Assembly (NCBI GenBank): GCA_964016885.1 | Contig: OZ024744.1 | Coordinates: 75,764,001 to 75,828,000 of the forward strand | Direction: 5' to 3' | Length of the DNA stretch: 64,000 nt | Origin: Eledone cirrhosa | Taxonomy: Eukaryota | Shown here: positions 1 through 13,680 of the stretch, piece after piece | How the letters are laid out: each line of letters opens with the position of its first letter | Numbering within the stretch: the stretch's first letter is position 1 | Notes under the pieces: generated by a model | The model's input: the letters and a program-made list of their open reading frames with translations, nothing else | Told to the model about the DNA's origin: nothing | The model's database searches: none | Position numbers and translations under genes: made by a program

Positions 1-2560
1 GGATCGGGGGGAGGAGTTGCTGTGCTTTTTCGGAGAGGTTTGGATTTCGCCATATGGGCCATCTTCCTGGACCCAGAAGATAAGTTGGTGGTGCTAGACG
101 TGACCAGCGGAGACGGGCAAGCTTTCAGGCTAGTGGCCGTCTATGCCCCGACAGGAGCAGAGCGGCCTGATTTCTTGCGGCGTCTGGAAACCTTTCTTGG
201 AACGTCCCGCTCTTTAGTGTTAGTGGGCGACTGGAACGGGATCTTAGATGCACGTTGGGACTGTGTGGGATTAGCGGATAGGGGAGGAGGGTGTAAGAGC
301 CTCACCAACCTGCTCAGGCGTTTTGCACTGTCTGACAGGTACCGATTGGATTTCTCGAATGTGCCAATGTGGACTTGGACAAATCGTATAGGGTCATCCA
401 GATCATATCTAGATAGAGTATTTTGTAGAGAAATAGATAGGTCTAGCATAGGCTGTCCACAATTAAAGATGTTGGCCAAGGTGCTAGCGAAGAGGTTGGC
501 GCTTGTCGTTGGTGGTCTGGTGGGAGAGGCGCAGACATGCGCCATTCCCGACAGATCCATCCACGACACCCTCCACCTCATGCGATACATCGTAGAGAGG
601 GTAGCTAGGGAACCTGGCACGGGTGGGCCCTTGATCAATTTAGATCAGTCGAAAGCTTTCGATAGGGTCGACCATCGTTACCTAGCGGCAGTCCTGAGGG
701 CGGCTGGCTTTAGGCCCGTCTTCAGAGGCTGGATCGCTGCCATGCACAGCGACATCTGCTCTGTGGTGAGAGTCAACGGTCACCTTTTAGAACCGTTCAA
801 CATCATGCGCTCGGTCCGCCAAGGATATCCCCTCTCGTCCCTCTTGTACGTATTGACTCTCGAGCCATTACTGCACAAACTGGAGACATTGAGGGGGGTC
901 CGCGCGAACTAGGATGCGGAAGATCCGTGTCAGCATATGTGGACGATGTCACCGTAGTGGTGTCAAACGCCAAACACATCGAGGCGATCGGCACTACACT
1001 AAAAGAATACGAAGTGGTGACAGGAGCAATGATCAGCCAGGAAAAGTCAGTAGGCCTGCTGCTCGGCACCTGGAGAGGCAGGTCCATGCCGTCCAACAAC
1101 GTCGTCGGGCGCTGGACGGACGGACCAGTTAAATTGCTCGGGGTCTGGTTCGGTCCGGACATCCAGACGGACAAAAACTTTGACGAGGTGACGAGCAGGG
1201 TGGCTTCTCTCACCCAGAAATGGGCCGAGAGGAAGCTATCCCTGAAAGGTCGAGCGGAGGTGGTTAACGCGTATATCGCGTCCGTCATCTACTACCGCCT
1301 GACCGCCGTACCTTGTCCTAAGCCCCGCCTGACTGCGCTGGAGCGTTTGCTCTTTCGCTTTTTTGTGGAAGGGACGCGCTCCGATGGTCAGGCGGTCCAT
1401 CTGCTGTCAACACACGCTACGTGGAGGGCTTGGCATGCCGTGGCTGATGATGCGCAGACACGCGCTGAGGCTACGACATCTGCACCTCTTCCTCGACGGT
1501 GATCAGGTGTGGTCTCCGTTTGCTAGACGCGTCTTTCCACAGCTCGTCTCCTTGACGAAGCTGCAGTCCTGGGTCAAGCGAAGACCGAGAGGGAGCGCTT
1601 GGAGACTGGAATGTCTTCAGGCGCTCACAGCCTTCGACCAATCGGGCAATGTGATCGGTGGAAACTCCACCTTGGCGTTCTATACAGGATTAGTGGAGGG
1701 AAAGAGCGACGACGTACTTGGGGAAACTCTAGGAGTCGACGAAAATCAACTAGCCAATCTCTTCGGAAGAACTTTCGAGCCGGGGCCTATGAACAACTTC
1801 CAGAAATCCCTGGCCTGGCAGTGCTACCGAGGAGCTTTGCCAGTTCGGGATAAACTCTACAGGCACGGAGGTGCCGTCAGCCGGGCATGTCCGAGATGCG
1901 CGCAGGGCGACGAAACCGTCCTGCACGCACTTGTCCAGTGTCTGAGCATTGCTAACTTGTGGGTTTATGTCGAACACCTGCTGTCGCGTGTGGGACGGAT
2001 CCAGCTATCAGCTGAGTCCATCGTGAGGATTGCCCCGCCCTCTCCCTTTAGCCGGGAAGGGCAGGCAGTTTTTATCTGTCTGGTGGCCATGGCAAAAGAG
2101 ATAGTATGGTGGACACGTTTGAAAGAGCTGAAGACGAGCACTTACCTCTTCTGTGATGCCCTGATTAACTTTTTCAAATTTCATTTGAAAAGGAAAATCA
2201 GCGTAGAGAGGGAAGTGCTCTCTTCCCAGCATTTTGTTGAAAGATGGGTGAGAGAGGCAAGAATGGCCCGAGTGAATGTGCCTACTCTGAGTATGTGTCT
2301 GTAAATTAAAGGTGGAAAACTGTGAGAGGGCACTTGCCCTGGTGGTCAGGGTCACTGTGGCCTTTTAATGGGCTTTCTCCACGAATGTCCCTCGGAAGTC
2401 TGCCCCCTATTTGGGAATTTTTTTCATTGTTCTATTATTACATCCTCTGTTTCTTGTTTTTTTTACACGTTGAAATGCCCATTTGTACCTCCCTGTATTG
2501 TCCTGTACTGTCCTTAATGTCTACTTTATGTAAACCCTTGTGGTTAATAAAGACATCATT
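1..2560 (+). mobile_element. Decayed Tx1/L1-clade LINE (ORF2: APE endonuclease, RT, C-terminal Cys motif, 3' UTR); 5' end lies outside the window
   Basis: ORFs 22-912, 927-1502 and 1363-2304 carry APE motifs (VYAP, GDWN, WTW, SYLDR), RT motifs (LDQSKAFDRVDH, VRQGYPLS, AYVDD) and CPRC..ET..HAL..C. Frameshifts lie near 910 and 1364. The element ends taataaagac followed by an (ATT)n tail. Confidence 0.9.
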
Positions 2561-2580
2561 ATTATTATTATTATTATTAT

Positions 2581-2630
<50 letters not shown>

Positions 2631-2634
2631 TTTA

Positions 2635-2710
<76 letters not shown>

Positions 2711-2733
2711 TGTTGTAGTGGTAGTAGTAGTGA

Positions 2734-2797
<64 letters not shown>
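2558..2797. repeat. (ATT)n then (TAG)n microsatellite
   Basis: Direct reading; source of the poly-V/poly-S pseudo-ORFs. Confidence 0.95.
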
Positions 2798-2798
<1 letters not shown>

Positions 2799-2944
2799 TT
2801 GGCAATGAGGATTTAACTAACTGTATTGTACTTTCTTCGATGCTCTTGTCTCTTTTTTCGTTTCATGCTTGTTTGTGATGTAAGTGGAAATGTAACGATG
2901 ATCACTTTGGTAACGATCACATATAAAATAACGATCACCTATGA

Positions 2945-3149
2945 AATGGAAAACGAAGAATCAGTGATGCATCGTAACACAATTTATTACGTATTACAAT
3001 TGTTTCTTCGGCCTATCTGAGGAACTTCCGAATCCAGAGTCAGGTTTGATCCACAAACAGATCGCACCTCGAGCTGTTCGCCGGAGAAACAATTGTAATA
3101 CGTAATAAATTGTGTTCTGATGCATCACTGACTCTTCGTTTTCCATTTT
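2945..3149. mobile_element. Fold-back element with degenerate HHR-like motif (+, 3014-3100)
   Basis: Arms ~2945-3012 and ~3079-3149 are reverse complements. Motif reads tat-CTGAGGA...ccgga-GAAA-caattg-TA-ata, with palindromic helix III ACAATTGT and weak helices I and II. Confidence 0.55.
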
Positions 3150-3405
3150 ATTATAATCTGCCCCGAAGGAGCATAGAGTGCTCAACCAGCATACCGCCTA
3201 TGGACGCATCCTAGCAACCATACGACATATATATATATACTCTCTGGATATATATATATATAACCAAAGATTAATAGGGTTCATTGATTACTCAATGAAT
3301 ATAGTTTTACAATAGATTAAAAGCACTCTACAAAAAAGGTTTTCTGGAGTTATTAATATTATTTAGAATATTAATAAATGAAGACATTCACATAATCAAA
3401 ATATG

Positions 3406-3467
3406 TTTTATTATATATATTTCGAAGGTACTGTGTTGCTTTTTCAGTGCGTCCTCGTCTGATAAAA
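3406..3467 (-). ncRNA. Degenerate type I hammerhead motif
   Basis: Minus strand reads ttttat-CAGACGA-(helix II)-GAAA-tatata-TA-ataaaa. There is one core change (U4>A), and helix I ttttat/ataaaa is intact. Confidence 0.5.
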
Positions 3468-3479
3468 TACATGAATTTA

Positions 3480-3845
3480 TGTATTACATACTTTTAACAG
3501 CTAGGCGAACCTTGGTAGATTTTAATAATGATTTTTGGACTAGATCTGATAGGCAGAAGAACTTTGACGTTAATATGGGCTCGTCTGATTCGGTTCAAAT
3601 TACCGATCTTGTGGGAATGTTCATCCTTAGTATGATAAATAGAAAACTGCCGGAGATTACCGGTGGTTTATATAGAGACGATATATTATTTACTGTGGTT
3701 AACATAATAATAGTGAATTAAATAGAGTAAAGAAAGTAATTATAGAATTCTTTTAAAATTATGACCTGAAATTAAAAGTAGAAAATAACAATAAAATAGT
3801 TAATTTTTTAGATGTAACTCTTAATTTGAACTCAGGCCTTTATTA
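3480..3845 (+). pseudogene. Penelope-like RT fragment (GLYRDD type, tentatively Nematis clade)
   Basis: FDVNMGSSDSVQITDLVG...GGLYRDD, followed by VNFLDVTLNL in a disrupted frame. Confidence 0.75.
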
Positions 3846-4074
3846 TTTGCCAAAATTACTACTATGGCTCATAGTAACAGCTTAGCTACTGTCTTTTTAA
3901 CACCCCACTCCTCACTGATTAACCTCGATGTCACTTGATTAATTCTTTTGAATTTGCCACCGAACAAGAAGGTAGTGATTTTTTTCAGTGTCCTGGTTGC
4001 CCTTTTCCATCCACTGAATATTTTTGTATAAGTTCTCTGTGTCCACGCATCGCCAGGTATCTTAGCTGAGAATG

Positions 4075-4146
4075 ACTCCCTGATGACGAAAAGGTTTCTC
4101 CATGTTCTCCATGTATATTCCCTTTCAGAAACTAATTAGTTGGAGT
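4075..4146 (+). ncRNA. Type I hammerhead motif
   Basis: actcc-CTGATGA-cgaaaagg...ccctttca-GAAA-ctaattag-TT-ggagt. Helix I is actcc/ggagt, helix III is the palindrome ACTAATTAGT, and the cleavage triplet is GUU. Confidence 0.7.
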
Positions 4147-4197
4147 GAAATTTAAGTAAGTAAGCTAATTACTATAATTTTCTTATTTTGCGTTTTT

Positions 4198-4320
<123 letters not shown>

Positions 4321-4772
4321 GCGTTATTCCCGGTTGAGTCGGAGGTAACCATAGTAAGTAAGGTACTCAATACATATAAAAGTTTTAATATAGATGAGAT
4401 TCTACAGGACTAGAACTGTTTCATTCTTTATAAATCATCATAAATCTGGGTATCAAAAAATAAGTATGGTATTTATAGGTCTCTTCAGGTGGTAGGGGAG
4501 GGTAGCGAGTGGGATGGGTGTAGGTCATTGGTTGATAGAAAAGGGAATTCATGAAAAGCTAATTCTTCAAAGCTATAGTTTATATTTTGAAGTATTAGCT
4601 TTTAATGAATTCCCTTTTCTATCAACCAATGACCTACACCCATCCCACGCCCTACCCTCTCCTACCACCTGAAGAGACCTATAAATACCATACTTATTTT
4701 TTGATACCCAGATTCCTGATGATTTCTAAAGAATGAAACAGTTCTAGTCCTGTAGAATCTCATCTATATTAA

Positions 4773-4776
<4 letters not shown>
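4321..4776. mobile_element. Non-autonomous PLE-type fold-back element, family A, inserted in (TA)n
   Basis: Inverted arms ~4383-4562 and ~4597-4776 with an extra ~60-nt tail on the left arm only; (TA)n on both sides. Confidence 0.85.
4710..4760 (+). ncRNA. Type I hammerhead ribozyme motif (family A)
   Basis: agattc-CTGATGA-tttctaaagaat-GAAA-cag-ttctagtc-ctg-TA-gaatct. Helix I is 6 bp, helix III is acag/ctgt, and the GUA site falls after 4754. Confidence 0.85.
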
Positions 4777-4826
<50 letters not shown>

Positions 4827-4838
4827 ATATATATATAT

Positions 4839-4881
<43 letters not shown>

Positions 4882-4917
4882 CACACACACATATATATAT
4901 ATACATACACATACATA

Positions 4918-4966
<49 letters not shown>

Positions 4967-5133
4967 CCTATAAAGTATTAGGTACCTATAGAAATATGCA
5001 AGGTGTTTATAATAGTTGTGATTCGATGGTACTAATTTGAGATACCACAACAATATAAAAAGAGCGGAGCAAGCAATTATCAAACAATTCTCTAAATAAA
5101 TTAAAAAACGATTTAAATAATCACCTGTTCTAT

Positions 5134-5198
5134 GCTGTTACCGACGATTTCACCAATCCAGAGAATTTCCAATGGAAAGAATTAGATCTTCAGACAGC
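5134..5198 (-). ncRNA. Type I hammerhead motif (family C), inverted at the 5' side of a PLE fragment
   Basis: Minus strand reads gctgt-CTGAAGA-...-GAAA-tcgtcgg-TA-acagc; homologous to 10626-10706. Confidence 0.65.
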
Positions 5199-5309
5199 TT
5201 ATTTCGATACTTTAAGGTTGCTAATCTCACAATAAGTCAAAATTTCGCTTCCTGCCTAACGCATGCGTCCAGATCTAATTCTTTCCATTGGAAATTCTCT
5301 GGATTTCCA

Positions 5310-6418
5310 ATCCGGAGGTTTATACCGAGACGATGGCATCTTCTCCCTGCACAAGGTTAACCCCAGAACCATCGATGGGTTTCGGAGAAACTTAAGCTCG
5401 TTTTTCTCTAATCTAAGATTTAGTATAACTATAGAATCTAATATGACTAGGGCCAACTTCTAGATGTCACTCTCGACCTAGATACTTTCCTCTATTACCC
5501 GTACTACAAACCTAACGAGTCCCTTAGATATATTAATGTTAATTCTAACCACCCCAAAACATCACTGATAATTTAGTAAAAAGCGTCTCTATTAGAATCT
5601 CTGGCCTCTCTGCCAACGAAGATATTTTTAACGCCTCTGCCTCCTACTACAATGCCGCCCTCGCCCGCAGCGGATTTAAAGAAAAGATAACCTACAGAGA
5701 AACCACCGCAAGTTTGCAGAGGAGGAATAGGCATAGGCAGATTAGCTGGTACAACCCTCCCTTCAATAGAGAGGTCTCTACACCGATAGCTAGGATTTTC
5801 TTCACCTTGCTGAAAACACACTTCCCCATACAACATAGGTACTACACCATCTTTACTAAGAACACAATAAAACTTACCTACTCCACCACACCTAACCTAG
5901 CTAGGAATATAGCCAACCACAATTCTAAAAAAAATAATAAGCCAACCATCTCCGAACCCAATCCCCGGACTGGGGCCTTGTGTATTTGCTTAAATAAGGA
6001 AGCCTGCCCACTTGAAAACAAATGCCTGACAAATGATATCGTATAAAAATGCGATGTTATCTCAGGCACCGATGATTGCAATAACAAAAAGACTTACATC
6101 GGCATGACTTCCAATAAGTTTAAGACCCGTTGGTATGCCCATACCCATTCCTTCAGAAGACCGGACAAATGAAATCAGACAACACTTGACTCCTATGTTT
6201 GTGACCTCAAAAGGAACTCCACCCCCTTCACGCTTAAATGGCAAATACTCCAGAAAGCGCGCTCTTACAACGGAGGACACAAGGGCTGCGACCTTTGTAT
6301 CTCAGAGAGCTACGAAATGTTATTCACCAAGGGCCCGCTACTGAATAAACTCTCTGAACATTGCCCGAACTGCATGCACAAGAACTATGCAACTTTCAAA
6401 TACCTTAAGCCAGTGTAA
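5310..6418 (+). pseudogene. 5'-truncated Penelope-like element: RT C-terminus, Cys linker and GIY-YIG endonuclease (tentatively Nematis clade)
   Basis: GGLYRDDG, NFLDVTL, WYNPPF, CICLNKEACPLENKC, TYIGMT..FKTRW..H, KWQIL..A..Y, CDLC, LLNK..E..PNCMH; several stops and frameshifts. Confidence 0.85.
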
Positions 6419-6599
6419 ATGCCCGATGGCTAAAAACGACTTCCCCCTTTTAGCCCCTCTACCTCATTCCCACCACCCCCACCCCTCCTCAACCTGAAAT
6501 ACGGACACTATGGTTATGTGAGTACCTCTGAACCTATCTGCATTTTCTGCTTGTAGAGCTGTTTTTATGTGCCTGTGTATATGCGTATATTTATGAGTA

Positions 6600-6731
<132 letters not shown>

Positions 6732-6737
6732 CATATG

Positions 6738-6789
<52 letters not shown>

Positions 6790-6795
6790 TAGATT

Positions 6796-7640
6796 TTGAG
6801 TTTATGTTGGTTGTATACCAACACCTCAGTATGCAGGCTGGAGCACTCGACGAAGTGCGCAGGTTGGTTTGGTTACTCCGGAGTAGTGTAAAATAAAGTT
6901 AACTAAAAGTCAAATGATTAAAATTTAGCTTCGTTTATTACTGCTATATATATTTCAGTGACAGCCATCTTTGGCTGTGACCTCTTCAGGCAGTTTGAAT
7001 TAGTATGGTATAGACAAGTACATATGTTGTTTAGGTGTATAATATTGTCAATACTCTGATATGCCCAGTTCCTTGTTGGGTTGTTAATTCACTGAGGAAC
7101 TGGAGTCATATGAATTCAAACAAACGAATTTCAGTGTCAAAGGTCCTCTTCTCCTCTCATTGGTCAGTTATTAGAACATTCCTCATTCTAAGTGTTGTTA
7201 TTGTTGGAGTTATCAATTTTTAAGCTAACTCCAACAATAACAACACTTGGAATGAGGAATGTTCTAATAACTGACCAATGAGAGGAGAAGAGGACCTTTG
7301 ACACTGAAATTCGTTTGTTTGAATTCATATGACTCCAGTTCCTCAGTGAATTAACAACCCAACAAGGAACTGGAGGAGAAGAGGACCTTTGACACTGAAA
7401 TTCGTTTGTTTGAATTTATATGACTCCAGTTCCTCAGTGAATTAACAACCCACCAAGGAACTGGGCATATCAGAGTATTGACAATATTATACACCTAAAC
7501 AACATATGTACTTGTCTATACCATACTAATTCAAACTGCCTGAAGAGGTCACAGCCAAAGATGGCTGTCACTGAAATATATATATAGCAGTAATAAACGA
7601 AGCTAAATTTTTATCATTTGACTTTTATTTAACTTTATAT
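6796..7640. mobile_element. Non-autonomous fold-back element, family B, inserted in (TA)n
   Basis: Arms ~6893-7211 and ~7226-7640 are reverse complements. The right arm has a ~90-bp internal tandem duplication near 7283-7465, and there is an extra segment at 6796-6890. Confidence 0.85.
7535..7591 (+). ncRNA. Type I hammerhead ribozyme motif (family B); mirror copy at 6940-6994 on the minus strand
   Basis: actgc-CTGAAGA-ggtcacagcca-aaga-tggctgtcact-GAAA-tatatata-TA-gcagt. Helix I is actgc/gcagt and the cleavage triplet is AUA. Confidence 0.85.
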
Positions 7641-8025
7641 TATATATATATATATGTATGTATGTGTATGTATATATATATATGTGTATGTATTTATATA
7701 TATATATATCTATATATATCTATATATATATATATATATATGTGTGTATATGTGCGTATATATATGTATGTGTATATATATGTATATGTATACGTGTATG
7801 TATGTGTGTGTATATATATATATAAATATATATATATGTATATATATATGTATATATGTATATGTATGTATATATATGTGTGTGTATGTATGTGTGTATA
7901 TGTGTGTATATATATGTGTATGTGTGTGTGTGTATGTATATATATATATATATGTATGTATATATATATATATATGTATGTGTATATATATGTATGTGTT
8001 TTTGTATATATATATGTATGTGTGT

Positions 8026-8080
<55 letters not shown>

Positions 8081-8820
8081 TATATATACATGTATATGTA
8101 TATGTATATATATATATACATGTATATGTGTATGTATATATATGTATATATATATATATGTATATATGTGTATATATGTATATGTATATATGTGTATATG
8201 TGTATATATATGTTTATGTGTGTGTATGTATGTGTATATGTATGTAAAGGAAATAAATGTGTTTCTCTTTGTTGAACATAAGTCACCAATTTGGTTGAAG
8301 ATGTAAATTCAAATTTAGCGGAGAAGTATATTTCAGAAGTTGTAATGTTGCCACGAGGAACCAGATTTGGTAGAAAGATATAATAGGAATATCGACAACG
8401 ACTTTTAGCTTGGTTTTACATTATGTATTAACAGAGGTTGAGTTGGCATGCCAAGAGAAATTAAACAAACCAATTAACATTCCAGAAAGACACGGGCTAC
8501 AGGCTGAGAGAAGCGTTGCCAGGCCGTGGTTAAATTGTTGTGTTACATATTGGCTAGTGATTTCACGGCGCAAGAAAAATGGTTGTTTACCTTAGCACGG
8601 TCGAAGCTGCGAGTCATAGCGTTCTCAAATCTTTGCGGGCTATTTCTCCCTCAGAACGCGTAGGGATACATGCTCTTCTACTGGCGCTGATTGGCTGAGC
8701 TGAGCCAAATCACGCACAGAGAATGTATGTGAGCCCGCGGAATGTAGGTCACTACATCAGTATATATATATATATATATATGTATGTATATATGTATATA
8801 TATGTGTATGTATATGTATG

Positions 8821-8880
<60 letters not shown>

Positions 8881-9008
8881 GGTACGGGTGGGACCCCGAC
8901 GGCTGAGCTCAAGCCGTTTCAACGGCTAATTCTGGACATTTATCTTCAAGTTTCGCCTAAACTATATTCCAGGTGTCAACAGACACATTCACAAAAACAC
9001 GCCCCCCC

Positions 9009-9042
<34 letters not shown>

Positions 9043-9469
9043 GAAATTTTAGTAAGTTAATTTTTATAATTTTCTTATTTTACGTCTTTCATATATATAT
9101 ATATATATATATGGGGGGGGGGGGCGTGTGTGTGTATTGGGGGGGGGGCGTGTGTGTGTGTTTGTGAATGTGTCTGTTGACACCTGGAATATAGCTTAAG
9201 AGAAACTTGAAGATAGGCACTCAATATTTTGACTGGTCTATAGAATTCTCTAGGCCTTTGTCACTCTAAGTAGAACTTTAAAGAATTAGCTTTTAAAGAA
9301 TTTCCCTTTTCTTTAAATCCATCAACCATGACTGACCCCCAACGATCTTATAGACACCTGAAATCTAGGCATTGTTAGCTTAAGAGAAACTTAAAAATAA
9401 GGAGTGGCACCCCATTCTGAACATGTTTATAGAATTCTTTCTGCCTTTGTTGCTCTAAATATAAATTAT

Positions 9470-9730
9470 AGCTTTAAAGAATTAGCTTTTAATGAATTCC
9501 CTTTTCTATCAACCAATGACCTCTACCCATCCCACTCCCCACCCTCTCCTACCACCTGAAGAGACCTATAAATACCATATTTATTTTGTGATACCCAGAT
9601 TCCTGATGGTTTCTAAAGAATGAAACAGTTCTAGTCCTGTAGAATCTCATCTATATTAAAACTTTTATACTCTGCTATGTATTGAGTTCCTTACTTACTG
9701 TGGTTACCTCCGATTCAACCCGGAATAACG
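9470..9730 (+). mobile_element. Family A copy with full 3' tail; HHR at 9597-9647 has CTGATGG
   Basis: Near-identical to 4597-4776 plus the tail ending cggaataacg-(TA)n. Confidence 0.8.
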
Positions 9731-10520
9731 TATATATATATATATATATAAATATATAACATTCGCTTAACATTACTCATACAGGAACTGGAATTAAATA
9801 GCCAACCTTTGAACACGCCTGAGATTTATTCGATTTATCTTTAAACATGAAGATTGTTTGAAAAAAAAAGTGTTTTAAACGTAGTAAAAAGCAAAAATGT
9901 TAAGATATATAAATTGCAGAAATGTCACTGCTGTTACTAATTAATTATCGTAAACTGAAAAGCTAGGCGGACTGTATCAATGAAAATTAAATTTCTTCAT
10001 ATATGACACATTGCAGTCACATTGGTGAGATATTGTCTAACTTTGTATGTTTTATCTTTAAAAGAGATAAAATAGTAAGGATCAAATCTTTTCGTTGTTG
10101 AGATGAAGTGGAAATGTACAGTTCTCTCTATCCGCGTTATCTTAAAATGTTGATAAAAGTCATTCAAATTGAGAACGGAAACAATGGCGTTAAAAACAAA
10201 CAAACAAACATACATCAAACATACAAACATACAAACGAGGGTGTTACCACTATAGCAGGGAATATGGCATAACACAGATCCAATATTATTTGACAATTTG
10301 ACAAGAATATTTGATAGGCAGAATTGGTAGACCGTCGGATAAAATGCAATTGCGGCATTTTTCTGACTTTTTTTTTTTACATTCTGAGTTCAAATCCTGC
10401 CGATGTCAAATTTGATCTTCATATTTCCGGGTTAAATAAAATAAAATGCCCGTCAATTATATATATAAAGAATTTCGTTTTTAAATATAAATTTCGTTTT
10501 TTATATTTAAAAACGAAATT

Positions 10521-10555
<35 letters not shown>

Positions 10556-10625
10556 CGGAACAAGTAAACATTAAACAATCTTTTAAATGAATTAAAATAC
10601 GATTTAAATATTTACCTCTTCTAGT

Positions 10626-10706
10626 GCCATGACCGACGGTTTCGCTTATTCAAAAGATTGGAAATTCAGAGAATTTCCAATGGAAAGATATTGCTCTTCA
10701 GATAGC
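10626..10706 (-). ncRNA. Type I hammerhead ribozyme motif (family C) with extended helix II
   Basis: Minus strand reads gctat-CTGAAGA-gc...attggaaattc-tct-gaatttccaat...gc-GAAA-ccgtcgg-TC-atggc, giving a GUC site. Confidence 0.8.
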
Positions 10707-11007
10707 TTTTCCAAACCTACTAGATATAAATCCACGTAGATGTGGATGTGTCGCTTTCTGCCCGGTGAATGAATCAAGCCGTTAAAATGAACACCACACA
10801 AGTGGGCCGTTAGAAATAGCGGGAATAATAGACTCGTTGATATTTCATGTTACTAGAAATAGCAGCATGATACAACATTTTTTTCTCAACATTAAGGAGA
10901 ATTCAGATAAATGATATAGATAATCCAGTAGGTACTAAGTACCCACGGAAATATATATGGTGTATATAATAGTGGTTGTTCCATGGTACTAATTTAAGAT
11001 ACCAGAA

Positions 11008-11058
<51 letters not shown>

Positions 11059-11488
11059 GAATTTCGTTTTTAAATATAAAAACTGGAAAGAAATAGGTGC
11101 AGAAGTTAGAATAGCTCAAAATAGGTAATTTATTATGAACTGTACTTCCTTATAAACATTTTCAAGCAAGCATGTGTACAAAATCCTATTGCGTTAAAAA
11201 TAATTACGCGTAGAGCAAATTGTTCATTCATTAAAGTATTACCAAATAGAGTTTCACATTAAATATTGATTTACACATGTTTCGTCCTTATAGGGACTTA
11301 TCAAAATTAATCATTTTATGAACAAATACCCCAATATATTAATTGCACCACACACACACCAAGTAGTGACGGTGAGAAGCTTTATATATAATGTGAAGTT
11401 ACTGTAGGCTCACCCTGATGAGCACTCGATGTTTAGGTTCACGTCAATGGCGAGGTGTAAAGTTAGGCAGAGTGTAATATAATAATAG

Positions 11489-11748
11489 AAGGACGATTTG
11501 TTATGCCTTCTTTACATTTATTGATTGGTGTCGCGCGTTTCGCTCAAGGTTCAATCTGTATCGATCTGACCCGATTCTGGAATCAAAACCTCGTCGGACT
11601 TCTGTTGTAGTAATGACAGAAATTACTACAACGGCGAGCTTTTGATTCCAGAGTCGGCCAGATCGATACTAATCGAACCTTGAGTTGATCAATAGCGAAA
11701 CGCGTGCCACCAATCAATAAACGTAATGAAGGCTTAGCAAATCATCCT
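11489..11748. repeat. Diverged fold-back (inverted repeat) element
   Basis: aggacgatttg...tctggaatcaaaa pairs with ttttgattccaga...caaatcatcct; contains the GAAACGCGT HHR 3' half. Confidence 0.7.
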
Positions 11749-11947
11749 TGTATTATTATTATTATTATGTATATATATATATAAGTGTATGTGTTTGTGT
11801 GTGTGTATGTACATATATATATATGTATATATGGATGGGTGGATGTATGTATGATATTAGTTTTTTATGTTCATACATGGAACAAAAGCGCTTCCAGATT
11901 GAGCACTGTTTTCCTTTTTCCTTTCTTCACACCTACGTTATTTCTAC

Positions 11948-12115
<168 letters not shown>

Positions 12116-12296
12116 TTAATACATTAACAGAGAAAGCTTTAAGTGATACTCTGACCAACTCCATCTCACTCAACAAACATTAGGATATACCTAAGTATAA
12201 TCCCAATTAAGTGTTTGGGGTGCTCACTATATAGTATTCCGTGGAAAGTTGGTTGGATTATTTTATATGAGACAATTAAATAAATCTCTCTTTCTT

Positions 12297-12419
12297 TCCA
12301 TACGATCGTTTCGTTATAAGATTTCTACAAGTTGGGATAAATAATGTCCAAGTTATGTAGAAATTTGTATATAATCCATAGAAATACACACAAGCGGGCC
12401 CTTATAACTCATCAGTGGA
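12297..12419 (-). ncRNA. Type I hammerhead ribozyme motif with ~80-nt helix II insertion
   Basis: Minus strand reads tcca-CTGATGA-gttataag...cttataac-GAAA-cgatcg-TA-tgga. Helix II base is 8 bp and helix III is the palindrome ACGATCGT. Confidence 0.8.
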
Positions 12420-12992
12420 TGCCCATGCAATATCGATATCAAAAATTACATCGATATTAATAATTAGTGGTGGTCTCTGTCAGTGCTAGAAGGACAGGTA
12501 AATTTGAAAAGCCAGTAGTTCTTCAAAAAGAAAATTTACACTGTCCCCAAAAGGGAAAGGGGAAGTCATCGTAAAATATATAATAATATACACGCTGGTC
12601 ATTGAAGCCTGTTAGGTATTTTAACCACGTGTTTAAGAACTCAATTGGATATTAAAAAAAATAAATATATGTATGTACCATCTATACACACATAGAGATA
12701 TTAAAAAATATAATTGTTTCTACTTTTGGCACAAGGCCAGCAATTGCCCAGTGTATTACTGGTACTTTATTTTATCGACCCCGTAAGGATGAAAGGCAAA
12801 GTTAACCTCGGCGATGTACGCACTATCTATACATACATATAGGTATTTTCTCAGTCAAAAATATCAGGCATGAGATACAGGAAAATGCAATCAATATTTC
12901 ATATAAAGAATAAATAAAGTCATACCTAAATATCTGGAATTTTCATATCTGGCCATCCAAGAGTATAATATTTAATACATTAACAGAGAAAG

Positions 12993-13668
<676 letters not shown>

Positions 13669-13680
13669 ATATATATATAT

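Noticed and set aside
6160-6180. In-frame TGA in the PLE endonuclease as selenocysteine (Naiad-like)
   Set aside because: It is not at a Cys position and fits CGA>TGA decay. The copy also has TAA/TAG stops and frameshifts, and the endonuclease is C-terminal, unlike in Naiads.
11268-11470. Two further HHR-like traces (minus TTGATAA-gtcc..ggac-GAAA-catgt; plus CTGATGA-gcac at ~11416)
   Set aside because: Each has two or more core defects, so neither is listed as a feature.
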